Part shown: positions 30,349-39,773 of the stretch, piece after piece
How positions within the stretch are numbered: the first letter of the stretch is position 1
Layout of the letters: each line of letters begins with the position of its first letter
From: a virus
DNA: 64,000 nt
Direction: 5' to 3' (one strand)
Virus record (IMG/VR): IMGVR_UViG_3300026488_000013
Span: 64,001 to 128,000 of that record
Translations under genes and position numbers: made by a program
Notes under the pieces: model-generated
What the model saw: the letters and a program-made list of their open reading frames with translations, nothing else
The model's database searches: none
Told to the model about the DNA's origin: nothing

Positions 30349-30966
30349 TTAAATATTTATTCCATCATCGTCCGAAACATAAAATCGATAAAAACCATAA
30401 TCCTTATATTTTTGGTATATTTTCTCTAGATACGGGATAACTTCATTTTTTACAAAACTATAAGCATCAAATTTTAATAATTCGGTATAAGTTTTCGTTT
30501 GTTTAATTTTTGATTCTTCATCTTTTTCTTTTAACCAAATTTCCTCAATAGTATTATGAAGCTCAATAACGTATTGGGCGTATATTTCTTCTACTGTGCC
30601 GCTATCTAAATTTCTTGTTACAAAATTTAATGTTGAATTTAGTTCGTTCATACATTCGTAATAATTATCGCCCCAGTCCATTTTTACTAAATATTCTTCA
30701 ATGGCTTTTTGAGTATATGACGAATATTCGTTTATTTTTCTTAGAATTCTTTTTTGATGGATACATTTTAAATCTTTATAAACAATATTATTCGTTTCAT
30801 CATATTTAACGCAATCGGGATATGCTGTAACTAAATCTACCTTAATATACAAACCTGAGTCTTTATTTTTTTCCCAAAATTCTTCCTCTTTATCCGGAGG
30901 AATATGTAATAGTGGAATAATTTTTATTTTTCCTGTATTTTCATCTTTTATTTTTCTATAAATCAT
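30349..30966 (-). CDS. Tail fibre assembly/chaperone-like protein
   Basis: Downstream of the LamG fibre; helical, resembles the other fibre-linked chaperones. Confidence 0.45.
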   Translation of the reverse strand: MIYRKIKDENTGKIKIIPLLHIPPDKEEEFWEKNKDSGLYIKVDLVTAYPDCVKYDETNNIVYKDLKCIHQKRILRKINEYSSYTQKAIEEYLVKMDWGDNYYECMNELNSTLNFVTRNLDSGTVEEIYAQYVIELHNTIEEIWLKEKDEESKIKQTKTYTELLKFDAYSFVKNEVIPYLEKIYQKYKDYGFYRFYVSDDDGINI

Positions 30967-30988
30967 ATTCTATATTCCAACTTATACA

Positions 30989-31987
30989 CTATTCTTGGAT
31001 TTCTCTTTCATTATAAAGAATTTTATGTTCATCGTGTGTCAATGGTCTGGAAAAAATTCTGAAATGGTCAAATTTCCCCATAAATGATTGACTCATTTCA
31101 AATCCGCCGCAGTATGTATCTTGGTCTTGGCCTAATATTAAACAATTATTTAAAGAATATTTTGATAAAACAAAATCGTCGTTTATATAATAAATTTCAT
31201 CTATAAATTCTCCGTCAATAAATAATTCCACTTTTTGAACAGGATTTTTCAAAATGTTTAAAGAGATTAATTTCCAAGTTTTAGTTGGAATATACTTCGA
31301 TTTACTAAAAACATAAATTTTGTTGTTAATTATTATTTTGAAATAACCATTGTTTTCATATAGCAAAATTCCGTTATAAATATTTTGATATGCTAAAGAT
31401 ATATAAGGATTAATTTGGTTATTCGAATATTTATAAACCCATAACGAAAAAGACATTTCGTCGAATAATGGAATATTTTTAACTAAAAATCCATTCATAT
31501 CGTGCGGTATTTCTCCCAAGTCAATAGCACGGTCGAATATTCCGGGAGCATAACTTGCCGCCCCTAATTTATACCCATGATATATTCCCGTTTCGTCATT
31601 GGTAGAATAATTAAACCGATAAAATGCTATTATCGAATTATCATTAAAAATATCTACTTTAAAAAATTCCGACGGCTCTATAATTGTTCCAAACGACCCC
31701 ACCCATACATTTCTATTTGGAGTATCATCTACACATATAAAAACTTCGCCCGTAGTTTTATTTATCCAAACCGAACCTACAGGCAAATTTACATTTATTG
31801 TGGGGTTATCATTTGAATATGTAATCTTTAATGTGTTTTGTTTAAGTTCTATAGAATATTGTTTTAGTAATTTTTTGACTATTTCCTCTATCTGTGCCTC
31901 GTTATAAATTTGGGTTGTTGTATTTATATTGGTATTATCCGATGTGATTATTTTTATTGGAAATCTGTTAAAATCTATGAAATTCAT
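30989..31987 (-). CDS. Tail fibre/receptor-binding protein with LamG (ConA-like) domain
   Basis: PVGSVWINKTTGEVFICVD; DIFNDNSIIAFYRF; SFSLWV; LGQDQD..GGFE..QSFMGKFDHFRIFSRPLT. Confidence 0.8.
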   Translation of the reverse strand: MNFIDFNRFPIKIITSDNTNINTTTQIYNEAQIEEIVKKLLKQYSIELKQNTLKITYSNDNPTINVNLPVGSVWINKTTGEVFICVDDTPNRNVWVGSFGTIIEPSEFFKVDIFNDNSIIAFYRFNYSTNDETGIYHGYKLGAASYAPGIFDRAIDLGEIPHDMNGFLVKNIPLFDEMSFSLWVYKYSNNQINPYISLAYQNIYNGILLYENNGYFKIIINNKIYVFSKSKYIPTKTWKLISLNILKNPVQKVELFIDGEFIDEIYYINDDFVLSKYSLNNCLILGQDQDTYCGGFEMSQSFMGKFDHFRIFSRPLTHDEHKILYNEREIQE

Positions 31988-32047
31988 CTCAGTGCATTTT
32001 AATTAGCGATGGATTAACAAGACATAAAAAAATAGAAAAAGATTAAT

Positions 32048-32407
32048 TTAAATTATTGAGTAAGATACATAAACAGATACATATTTTGAGTTCGACGGAA
32101 AAGGATTTTTTACCTCTAGAATTAGTTTATTATTTGGAGGGATATAAATAGTTCCAAAATAAAGCCCCGCACCCAATTCCAATTTATAGTTATATAAAAT
32201 ATATGCTAAACTTTTTTCATTATTTAAATCTTGAATTTTTACATTTATATATACATATTCAGATATTGTATTTGATATTTCAGTTATTTTCTCATCAACT
32301 AATACTACAACAAAATTGCGGATAAAAATATTTCTATCTGTTGTTAATAATTCTAATGATATAAAATCAGAATTTAGTAAAATTTGTCTTTTAACAGACT
32401 GCAGCAT
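32048..32407 (-). CDS. Hypothetical beta-rich protein
   Basis: 119-aa ORF in the fibre cluster. Confidence 0.5.
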   Translation of the reverse strand: MLQSVKRQILLNSDFISLELLTTDRNIFIRNFVVVLVDEKITEISNTISEYVYINVKIQDLNNEKSLAYILYNYKLELGAGLYFGTIYIPPNNKLILEVKNPFPSNSKYVSVYVSYSII

Positions 32408-32427
32408 AACATAATCTATTGATGGAA

Positions 32428-32946
32428 TTAATATTTACACATATATAGTTCAATATTTTCTACTTTCCTACATTCGAAGAAATATTTTCCAATCAGATTT
32501 TTATCAGATTCAGAAATTATATACTTATAACCTTCGAGCTTAATCTTATTGGCTAATATTTTATCAATATTTGACTTAACACATATTGGTATAGATTTGA
32601 AAAAATTAATGTTATAAGTGTTAGGCGAAATATAATTACTGTTGCCTATGTTTAATTTAAAAATCTGAACCGCAATATTGTTATTTTTAATTTCTTCAAT
32701 TTTACCGAATAGTATTCCATTATAATAATTTTTGTAATTCAGCAGAATATTTAGCTGATTCGGAGATAATTCGGTAGCCGTAGTTTCATTGCACCTGTAA
32801 TTATTTAGAAATTCTGATTTTAAAATGTAGGCACCCGAAAGACTTGGAATAATAAATGAGAAAAATGTAATTAAAAGATGATTAAAATTTTTAATAAACA
32901 AATTAAGTTTCCTCCACGAGACAGTTTTTTTATTTTTAATACACAA
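32428..32946 (-). CDS. Hypothetical membrane-anchored or secreted protein
   Basis: N-terminal hydrophobic segment LLITFFSFIIPSLSGAYIL. Confidence 0.5.
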   Translation of the reverse strand: MCIKNKKTVSWRKLNLFIKNFNHLLITFFSFIIPSLSGAYILKSEFLNNYRCNETTATELSPNQLNILLNYKNYYNGILFGKIEEIKNNNIAVQIFKLNIGNSNYISPNTYNINFFKSIPICVKSNIDKILANKIKLEGYKYIISESDKNLIGKYFFECRKVENIELYMCKY

Positions 32947-33579
32947 TTAAGAAAGTGTCGGGAGCTCCGGGAATTGAATATTTGTTAACTCAATTGAATT
33001 TAATTCATCGATTGTGGTGGCATTTTCTATTTTTTTCTTTATACTCCGGTATATAGCTTTTACTCTCTGAACAAATTCTATTCTAACTGCGACTTTCAGT
33101 AATTGTTCTATTGCAAATTTAAGGGTAGTATCGTCTTCTGAAATATTTAATGCTGAATAAATATTGTTTAACTCGGTATTGAAATCCGAATTACTATCAT
33201 AGATAGCTAATACGGATTGTGCCAGTAATTGTCTAAACTGTATTTCATCGATATTTTTCATTCTTATATAGTTCTCATAATAATCTTTATCTGCTATATC
33301 ACTTTTCTGTTTGATTGGAGGATAATTTCGTTCAATATATTGAGTTGTAATTCGGTTTAACTGGTTTAACAAATTTTCTTTTAATTTAAGAAATACGCAT
33401 TCATTATCTATTTGGAATGTCTGTTTATCTATGCATTCTATTGGTATATCCTCAGGTATAGGTTTATTTCCTTGCTTGAGCCACTTTTGATATTCTTGAA
33501 AATCTTTATTAGCTGGGTTGTTAGGAATAAAAATCTCATCTGTAAGCCTTATTACACCATTTTGTATTAATTTATACAT
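32947..33579 (-). CDS. Tail fibre assembly chaperone
   Basis: MYKL..GVIRLTD..FIPNNPANKDFQEYQKWLKQGNKP N-terminus and IENATTIDELNSI C-terminus, typical of fibre-associated chaperones. Confidence 0.75.
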   Translation of the reverse strand: MYKLIQNGVIRLTDEIFIPNNPANKDFQEYQKWLKQGNKPIPEDIPIECIDKQTFQIDNECVFLKLKENLLNQLNRITTQYIERNYPPIKQKSDIADKDYYENYIRMKNIDEIQFRQLLAQSVLAIYDSNSDFNTELNNIYSALNISEDDTTLKFAIEQLLKVAVRIEFVQRVKAIYRSIKKKIENATTIDELNSIELTNIQFPELPTLS

Positions 33580-33593
33580 ACACTATTCCTCTT

Positions 33594-35213
33594 TTAAAGT
33601 TCTGCGTCTGCGTAAATATTTATACCATATATGTTACTAGAATCACTCGGATTAAAAATAACGGCATTGGGTGATATTTCGATAGGCATGAACGCATATC
33701 TCGTTATATCTTCTATAATTTTTACAGATGGTGTCACTCTTTTAACAATTTTCCAGTTATGAATTCTTCTATATACGTTGCCATTATCACCACTACTTCT
33801 TACTATTTCGTAATATCTCATGCATCTTAACAATTGAATATCATAGGGAATTCTTTCAAATTCAGTAGCAAACCATCCTTCTTCTAACTGAACTCTATGT
33901 ATCGCAATATAATCTCCCGCCTGCAATCTTACACCGCCAGATACACTAAATTTCTCTCCTAAATACGTTCCTTCATCTGATACTAAATAATCCGCCACAT
34001 CCGTCATTCCAACAATAACTAATTCAAAACCTAAGTTGTTATCGTTATTAACTGCTGAATTGGTGAACTCTAACAAATTGAATGTAACAGATATTCTTTG
34101 AACAGCATTAGGTGTATCGTAGTTAAATATTCTGATTTGAGATTCTACATTATTAGGGTCAGTTTTGTTTATTAGTGCAACACTATATATGCCCGCTCGA
34201 GTTGACATAAAATCAAATGATAGAGTTAACTTAGACTTCTTCTTGAAATAGGGATAAAGATGTCGTCCTTCAAATCTATACACAAACGTTTTTGCAAATT
34301 CAGAACTATAATCTGGTGTTTTCAAAATTTTATATGTAGCGCCTGTTGCATCTTGAGGTTGAGACTCATACATAAGAGTTAGGACTTCTTCGTCGGTTAA
34401 GGCTCGGTTGAAAATGCGGACTTGGTCAATTAATCCTATAAAAAACCATTGCGAATAGCCGATATGTAATTTATTCTTATGGTCTAGTGTTTTATTATAA
34501 CCATTTTGAGAAAAAACTTTTTTGCTATTTTTAAAAATGGTTACAGAATTAGGCCCAATTGAAATAGATAGATGTATCCATTTACCAATCCAATCTTCTA
34601 CTTTTTCCGAGTATACAACTGTGCCATTGGTTCCATATTGAAAATCTACAGAGCCGTCGAAGAAAGAAACTCGAAAAGTTGTGTTTTGCTCACAGTCTCC
34701 TGTAGTAAATAAACCCTGTCTACTATTTGTATTTGACTGGGAATTGTAAAGCCACATAGAAATTGTAAAAACATTGTTGTTAGGTAGAGGTATATTGTTT
34801 ACAATTATTTTGCTATTTCCATCAAACTTCGCAGCTTGCTCAAACATACCTACATCATACTGCTCTGTTCCATACCATGTTCCATTATACTTTCCAGATA
34901 AATCATTTGCATTTCCATCAAAAGTATATGTTGCTATACAAGAACCATCTCCAAATATATCTAAAGTATTCGCTTTAGAACCAAAATTCGGAACAAAACC
35001 TTTTATTAATAATGCATTTTTTGGGTGGTATGAATACCATCTGTCGGCGGTGTATTTTCCTTCAGCGACTATATTATGTATAATGCCCCTTTGCCATATT
35101 TGAAAATCACCATTAATTATCAAATTCTTAAAATTTTTTAAGTTTGATTGTATATATGGGTGGGCATTCAAACCGTTATTATGTTCTTCTGTTAATATCT
35201 TTTTTCTACTCAT
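33594..35213 (-). CDS. Tail fibre protein with inserted LamG domain
   Basis: HNNGLNAHP; KNLIINGDFQIWQRG..YTADRW; LamG (DIFGDGSCIATYTFDGNAND...IDQVRIFNRALT); VQLEEG..ATEFE..QLLRCMRYYE. Confidence 0.85.
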   Translation of the reverse strand: MSRKKILTEEHNNGLNAHPYIQSNLKNFKNLIINGDFQIWQRGIIHNIVAEGKYTADRWYSYHPKNALLIKGFVPNFGSKANTLDIFGDGSCIATYTFDGNANDLSGKYNGTWYGTEQYDVGMFEQAAKFDGNSKIIVNNIPLPNNNVFTISMWLYNSQSNTNSRQGLFTTGDCEQNTTFRVSFFDGSVDFQYGTNGTVVYSEKVEDWIGKWIHLSISIGPNSVTIFKNSKKVFSQNGYNKTLDHKNKLHIGYSQWFFIGLIDQVRIFNRALTDEEVLTLMYESQPQDATGATYKILKTPDYSSEFAKTFVYRFEGRHLYPYFKKKSKLTLSFDFMSTRAGIYSVALINKTDPNNVESQIRIFNYDTPNAVQRISVTFNLLEFTNSAVNNDNNLGFELVIVGMTDVADYLVSDEGTYLGEKFSVSGGVRLQAGDYIAIHRVQLEEGWFATEFERIPYDIQLLRCMRYYEIVRSSGDNGNVYRRIHNWKIVKRVTPSVKIIEDITRYAFMPIEISPNAVIFNPSDSSNIYGINIYADAEL

Positions 35214-35238
35214 AATATCTACCTCAAAAACGAGAATA

Positions 35239-35410
35239 ATGACTTTCTCCTCTCACTTTAGTGAGGGGCTTCCTGCTTCATCGTGGGCTAAGCCCACTTC
35301 ATGGGTAGGGCAGACTTTAAGGGGTCTGTCATCCCCTTTAAAAAGACTTAAGCTCTGTAGGTTGCGGGGGATGATTTCCCCCGCAGTTATTCCCCTTCAT
35401 AGCTTAAACC
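35239..35410 (-). mobile_element. IS200/IS605-family right end / TnpB omegaRNA-like structured RNA (no tnpB adjacent)
   Basis: GC-rich island with hairpins at 35363-35385, 35319-35338, 35283-35297 and 35249-35268. The minus strand ends GATGAAGCAGGAAGCCCCTCACTAAAGTGAGAGGAGAAAGTCAT, matching the GAAGCAGGAAGCCCC-hairpin-GTCA pattern of IS605/IS1341 right ends. Confidence 0.7.
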
Positions 35411-36439
35411 TCAAACTTCCAAAATATCGGGCTGTTCCATTAACAATTCCTCCAAAGATAACCCTAGTAAAGATGCATATACCTCTAAATCTTCGCCTTT
35501 AATGGAATCTATTAGTTCCAAATAACTCTGAGAAGGAATTAATTTAAATTCCTCTTCTTTTAAATTTTGCTTTTTACCTCTTTTATAGAAGCGTTCAAAT
35601 TTTAACCTTCTTTTGATTTTTTTGGAAATCCACTTTTCTATTGCATACTTATGAATTTTTAAAGGATTCTTTTCAAATACTTCTTCGACAATATAATCAA
35701 CTTCTTCTGGTTTTATATCATTTATGTGTTTGGGTAGGAAATCCTCTATAAGAAAACTGCCGACCTCTTCCTCGTGTTGAGACTCCTTTTTATCTCCTGG
35801 CGTTCTAAAAGCAAAATCTCTATTCAGAATATGTAGCAACTCGTGAAATAAAGTCCAGATTTGTCTCGCTTTGCTTTCTCCACCGTTAATAAAAATGAAA
35901 TTTTTAGTAGCTAAACCGCTAATTGTAGCCCCGTAAAAATAAAATATAAAAATATTTCTTTTTGCTAAAAACTGCTCTAAAGCTTCTAAATTGATGCTAC
36001 TATTTATTTCCAATCTAACTTCGGTTAAAAAAGCTTCAAGTTTGCCTTTCCATAAGTTTTTTAGGAATTCTAATTCAGGTTCTTTTGCAAAATTCTCACT
36101 GAAAGTTTCTTGGATAGCAACAGCTTTTTTGATTAACAAAATATTATTTCTTATAAATTTCCGACTCTGTTTTCCCCGGGGGGCACGGGCACTAAATAAT
36201 TTCTCTTTGAACAAATAAGCTGGAAATTCTACATAACTTTCCAAGGCTTCTAATACTCCCCATTTGTATTTTTCTATTTCTTTTTTTAAGAGTCTAATAT
36301 CTTGTATCTGAAAAACATGTTCTAAAATTTGTTTTTTAGGTATTTTGAGATATTTATCAACATTATTTAGATATTCCCGGCACGTCTCGTAAATTTCATT
36401 GATTTTTGCTTCATAAGATTGCACTGTGAATTTCCCCAT
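35411..36439 (-). CDS. ImmA/IrrE-family (Peptidase M78) zinc metallopeptidase
   Basis: ISGLA..FIFING.ES.ARQIWTLFHELLH (HExxH) followed by HEEEV..F; interrupts the tail-fibre gene cluster. Confidence 0.8.
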   Translation of the reverse strand: MGKFTVQSYEAKINEIYETCREYLNNVDKYLKIPKKQILEHVFQIQDIRLLKKEIEKYKWGVLEALESYVEFPAYLFKEKLFSARAPRGKQSRKFIRNNILLIKKAVAIQETFSENFAKEPELEFLKNLWKGKLEAFLTEVRLEINSSINLEALEQFLAKRNIFIFYFYGATISGLATKNFIFINGGESKARQIWTLFHELLHILNRDFAFRTPGDKKESQHEEEVGSFLIEDFLPKHINDIKPEEVDYIVEEVFEKNPLKIHKYAIEKWISKKIKRRLKFERFYKRGKKQNLKEEEFKLIPSQSYLELIDSIKGEDLEVYASLLGLSLEELLMEQPDILEV

Positions 36440-36588
36440 TAATTCTAATGTTTTACTAATACTAGTTTGAATTTCAAGGTTATAGATAAAGTATTGCTAC
36501 AAGTAATATTTGTTTCTTTATGTGATTCTTATTTTTGGAAACCTTTCCTTTAAAATGCCTGTTTTTCAGTTAAAGAAAAAAAGAAAAA

Positions 36589-37383
36589 TTACGGACGGGG
36601 AATTTTATCGAATTCAGATTTTAGCAACGTGGGTATATCCTTATATTGTTCTATCAATTCTTCAACATTGGATACCTTTAATTCATCTACTTGTTTTTCA
36701 AGTTGCTCTTCTACTTCCCAGATTTTGTTTATCCACATTATTAATTGACCTATGAATCCTAAGCGAGGAACTTTAGACAGTATAAAATCTATGGACTCTT
36801 GAGGTATTCCGTAAGATTGTAAAAATTTTTTAATGTCGTTAAGAGTAAGTTCTCCTGCAAAATATTTAGCTGCCGCTCCTTTTACATCTTCTAATGTAAT
36901 AGGAAGTTTAATATCATTTATTTGTTGTAGAGTAGTTATTAATGCATTTGATGCTTCATCGATTTTTCCTGAGATAGAATTTTTCAAAGTCTCCAAATCC
37001 CTGGCCGAATTCACATCATCCTTTAACTCTTGCATTAGATTTCCAAATTGTTTTAAAGCAGTTACAATAATGTCAAAACCTTGTGCAATAGTTCCTGATA
37101 CAGTTGTATATGATAATGCTTTCATAAGTTCATATTTAATTTCAACCTCAATTTTATCGAGTTCGGCTATAAGGTCGGCCAGGTTTTCATTATAATGCTG
37201 CTTAATTGTCTTCTCGATATATTCCTTCTCAGTGTACCAATCCATTGTATCCTTTATGTATTGTTTTACGGTATTAATGTCTCTTAACTCAGGTAATAAC
37301 TTGGTTTTTTTTGTCATAGGGTCATGATAATAAATATTTAAATCTGTATATACATTTTTACCTATTTTGATAAAAACTCTCAT
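36589..37383 (-). CDS. Tail fibre-associated chaperone-like protein
   Basis: Follows the fibre gene; helical; RBS AGGAGG. Confidence 0.5.
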   Translation of the reverse strand: MRVFIKIGKNVYTDLNIYYHDPMTKKTKLLPELRDINTVKQYIKDTMDWYTEKEYIEKTIKQHYNENLADLIAELDKIEVEIKYELMKALSYTTVSGTIAQGFDIIVTALKQFGNLMQELKDDVNSARDLETLKNSISGKIDEASNALITTLQQINDIKLPITLEDVKGAAAKYFAGELTLNDIKKFLQSYGIPQESIDFILSKVPRLGFIGQLIMWINKIWEVEEQLEKQVDELKVSNVEELIEQYKDIPTLLKSEFDKIPRP

Positions 37384-37399
37384 TATCTACCTCCTTTCC

Positions 37400-38389
37400 T
37401 TAAAGTGTTGCAGATAAAACATTCTTGGCCAGTCCTGTATCACTATCAATAACTATACCAGAAATCACATCTTTTAGTTCTAGGTTATTACCATTATTGT
37501 CAATTATTGATTTAACTCTAGCATCAATTGCTCCAGAAACATGCGAATCTCCTTGGTAAAAGTCAATAATCTTACAATTGGAATTCTCAACCTTTGCATT
37601 CAAATACCATAAATTTATTGCTGCGAAGGCCGTTCCGGCATTCCTACTGCTAACATTAAAAATATTTGAACCTCCTTCGTCAGTCATAACTATCTGACTA
37701 TAATCGGCCGGCCAGCCATTTAGAAAGACACTGCTAACACCCCCATAAAAGTTTATTATTCCTTTATGGTGCCATGCCCAACCTTTATTCGTATCTGTTC
37801 TCTTTGGATTTTCCAATATTATAAATCCTTCTATTGAGTTTGAAGATAACCTTAATGTAGAATCAAATAACAATATACCATATGCATGATTGAGTATACC
37901 AGACTCTACAAACACCTCCGCAGTAATTTTTGCAAATCTATTACTACCATTTGCCTTGAGTGTAATAAATCTATTTCTAACAATTATATCTGATGTTATT
38001 TTATATTCGATAGGATTGTCATAATCATCGGAACCGGCTAATACTATTGTTAAATTACTACCTACCGGCGCTGAATCAAATGCTTTTTTCAACGTTTTAA
38101 ATGGTTCGCTTGCAGTTCCGGGGTTATTATCATCTCCGTTCTCTGCATCAACATATACGGTTTTATTAAACTGACCCAATGCTCCGCCCACAGCATCCCA
38201 CATATCTTTCTTGATTTGTGCTATATTCTTAACATCAACATAAACTAAATTACCGTCTTCATCGATTGTAGGTACTTGAACTACTTGTGGAGTTGGGTCA
38301 AAATAAATCTTCTGGTGGTTGGTTACAAAACCTTTAATTGTATTGTAAGCATTTTTTAAATAATTGTATATATCGTTTATACTTGCCAT
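37400..38389 (-). CDS. Tail fibre/spike protein with DUF1565-like motif
   Basis: VYVDAENGDDNNPGTASEPFKTLKKA followed by a beta-helix-like region. Confidence 0.7.
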   Translation of the reverse strand: MASINDIYNYLKNAYNTIKGFVTNHQKIYFDPTPQVVQVPTIDEDGNLVYVDVKNIAQIKKDMWDAVGGALGQFNKTVYVDAENGDDNNPGTASEPFKTLKKAFDSAPVGSNLTIVLAGSDDYDNPIEYKITSDIIVRNRFITLKANGSNRFAKITAEVFVESGILNHAYGILLFDSTLRLSSNSIEGFIILENPKRTDTNKGWAWHHKGIINFYGGVSSVFLNGWPADYSQIVMTDEGGSNIFNVSSRNAGTAFAAINLWYLNAKVENSNCKIIDFYQGDSHVSGAIDARVKSIIDNNGNNLELKDVISGIVIDSDTGLAKNVLSATL

Positions 38390-38393
38390 CTAA

Positions 38394-39263
38394 CTATACC
38401 TCTTCTATATAAAGTTCTCCATTCTCAATAGTTAATTCATAGAGTTTGTCAGTTTTTTTATCTTTTAAAATAATTTTATTTTTAGATGCGGATGTTTTAT
38501 AAATATATTGATTAATTAAACTAATATCTTTTTTCAATTCTAAAATATCCTGAGCAAATATGGCATAAAATTCAGTTATTTTGTTATATATGTCTTCAAT
38601 TTTAGAACTTAAATCGTTATTATTGATTTTCCTAGGTGTTGGGTAAAAATTTGTAGATATAATCGAGCTAATATAGGCATCTGAAGAAATAACAGGATTA
38701 TTTAAAAATTTTTCAAACCAGTCAGTATAAAATTGATTATCTGATTCAGGATATAATTCTATATTTGTGCCATCGTCATACAAAAACCCTATAGGGACGA
38801 ATGGATTTCCTGAAATATCAGAGGGTATTTTATCTTGTCTGGAAATTTTAAATGTAGCCACATTATAAGGATAAGTCTTTACATATTTATAATCGATATA
38901 AATCATTAAGACAGGATTTGATGAATCTAAAATATAATCCCCTGTCTTTGGAATTATTAAATGAACTTCATCTAGAAATTTAATGATAACCTTATCCACT
39001 ATAGCGGAGCCTGGTTGAATAGAAATTTTGTAATAATATGAAGTGTTTTCTATTAAAGAAATATTCAATCCATCGATTAATCCATTTTTTTTACCAAGCA
39101 ACTTTGCATTAAAATCATTCAAATAGTCAGAGAAAAATACCTGTTTATTAGTGCTTGTAGTAATAGAAATAGAATAAGGGTCAAAATATCTTTCTTGAAT
39201 TTTGGACAATTTACTTTTTATCGTCGTAATATCGTCGCTTAAATAATCTATAACAACAGTCAT
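38394..39263 (-). CDS. Virion structural protein (fibre base-like)
   Basis: GLIDGLNI, ISIQPGSAIVD, YIDYKY. Confidence 0.5.
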   Translation of the reverse strand: MTVVIDYLSDDITTIKSKLSKIQERYFDPYSISITTSTNKQVFFSDYLNDFNAKLLGKKNGLIDGLNISLIENTSYYYKISIQPGSAIVDKVIIKFLDEVHLIIPKTGDYILDSSNPVLMIYIDYKYVKTYPYNVATFKISRQDKIPSDISGNPFVPIGFLYDDGTNIELYPESDNQFYTDWFEKFLNNPVISSDAYISSIISTNFYPTPRKINNNDLSSKIEDIYNKITEFYAIFAQDILELKKDISLINQYIYKTSASKNKIILKDKKTDKLYELTIENGELYIEEV

Positions 39264-39266
39264 ACT

Positions 39267-39773
39267 TTATAATCGTCCTTTAATATTTTTATAAATATAT
39301 TCTGTTAAAGGTTTTAAAATAGAAATAAGAAATTGGTAATATTCTTTGACTGCTTCAAGAGAAAAATTTTTAGCAACTTTTAAGAAATCGTCTGTTAAAC
39401 TATTTATTATCGTTAATGTTTCCAAAATATCTTTATTCCGTTCGTTTTTTATTAATTCGGGCATACGAATTATAGTGTCAATTTTATTATTAATCCTTTC
39501 AATCTTATCTATATAAAAATATTTTTCTTCAATGTTTAAAAAATGCTCTAATTCTGTAGGAATAGATACATTGACACTTTGGTTATGTGCTGCAGTTTGA
39601 AGTAATTGGTTTATATCTTGTTGATTAGATAGTTGGGGTGATTCTTCTTGTTTATTCTGCGACGGGTTGAAGTTTGGATTATTTTGTTGTTGAGGCAATT
39701 GTTCATTTTCTTCAATAAAATGTTTATTATATTTGAATTTGTAATATTCAATTAACAAAGGATTACTTCTCAA
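39267..39773 (-). CDS. Hypothetical protein with Q/N-rich linker
   Basis: Coupled to the portal stop codon. Confidence 0.5.
   Translation of the reverse strand: MRSNPLLIEYYKFKYNKHFIEENEQLPQQQNNPNFNPSQNKQEESPQLSNQQDINQLLQTAAHNQSVNVSIPTELEHFLNIEEKYFYIDKIERINNKIDTIIRMPELIKNERNKDILETLTIINSLTDDFLKVAKNFSLEAVKEYYQFLISILKPLTEYIYKNIKGRL

Noticed and set aside
35239-35502. 87-aa plus-strand ORF
   Set aside because: It spans the GC-rich hairpin element and the antisense end of the peptidase; better explained as a chance ORF.
30989-38389. Diversity-generating retroelement acting on the tail fibres
   Set aside because: No reverse transcriptase and no near-identical TR/VR pair seen; the two LamG modules are similar only at protein level.
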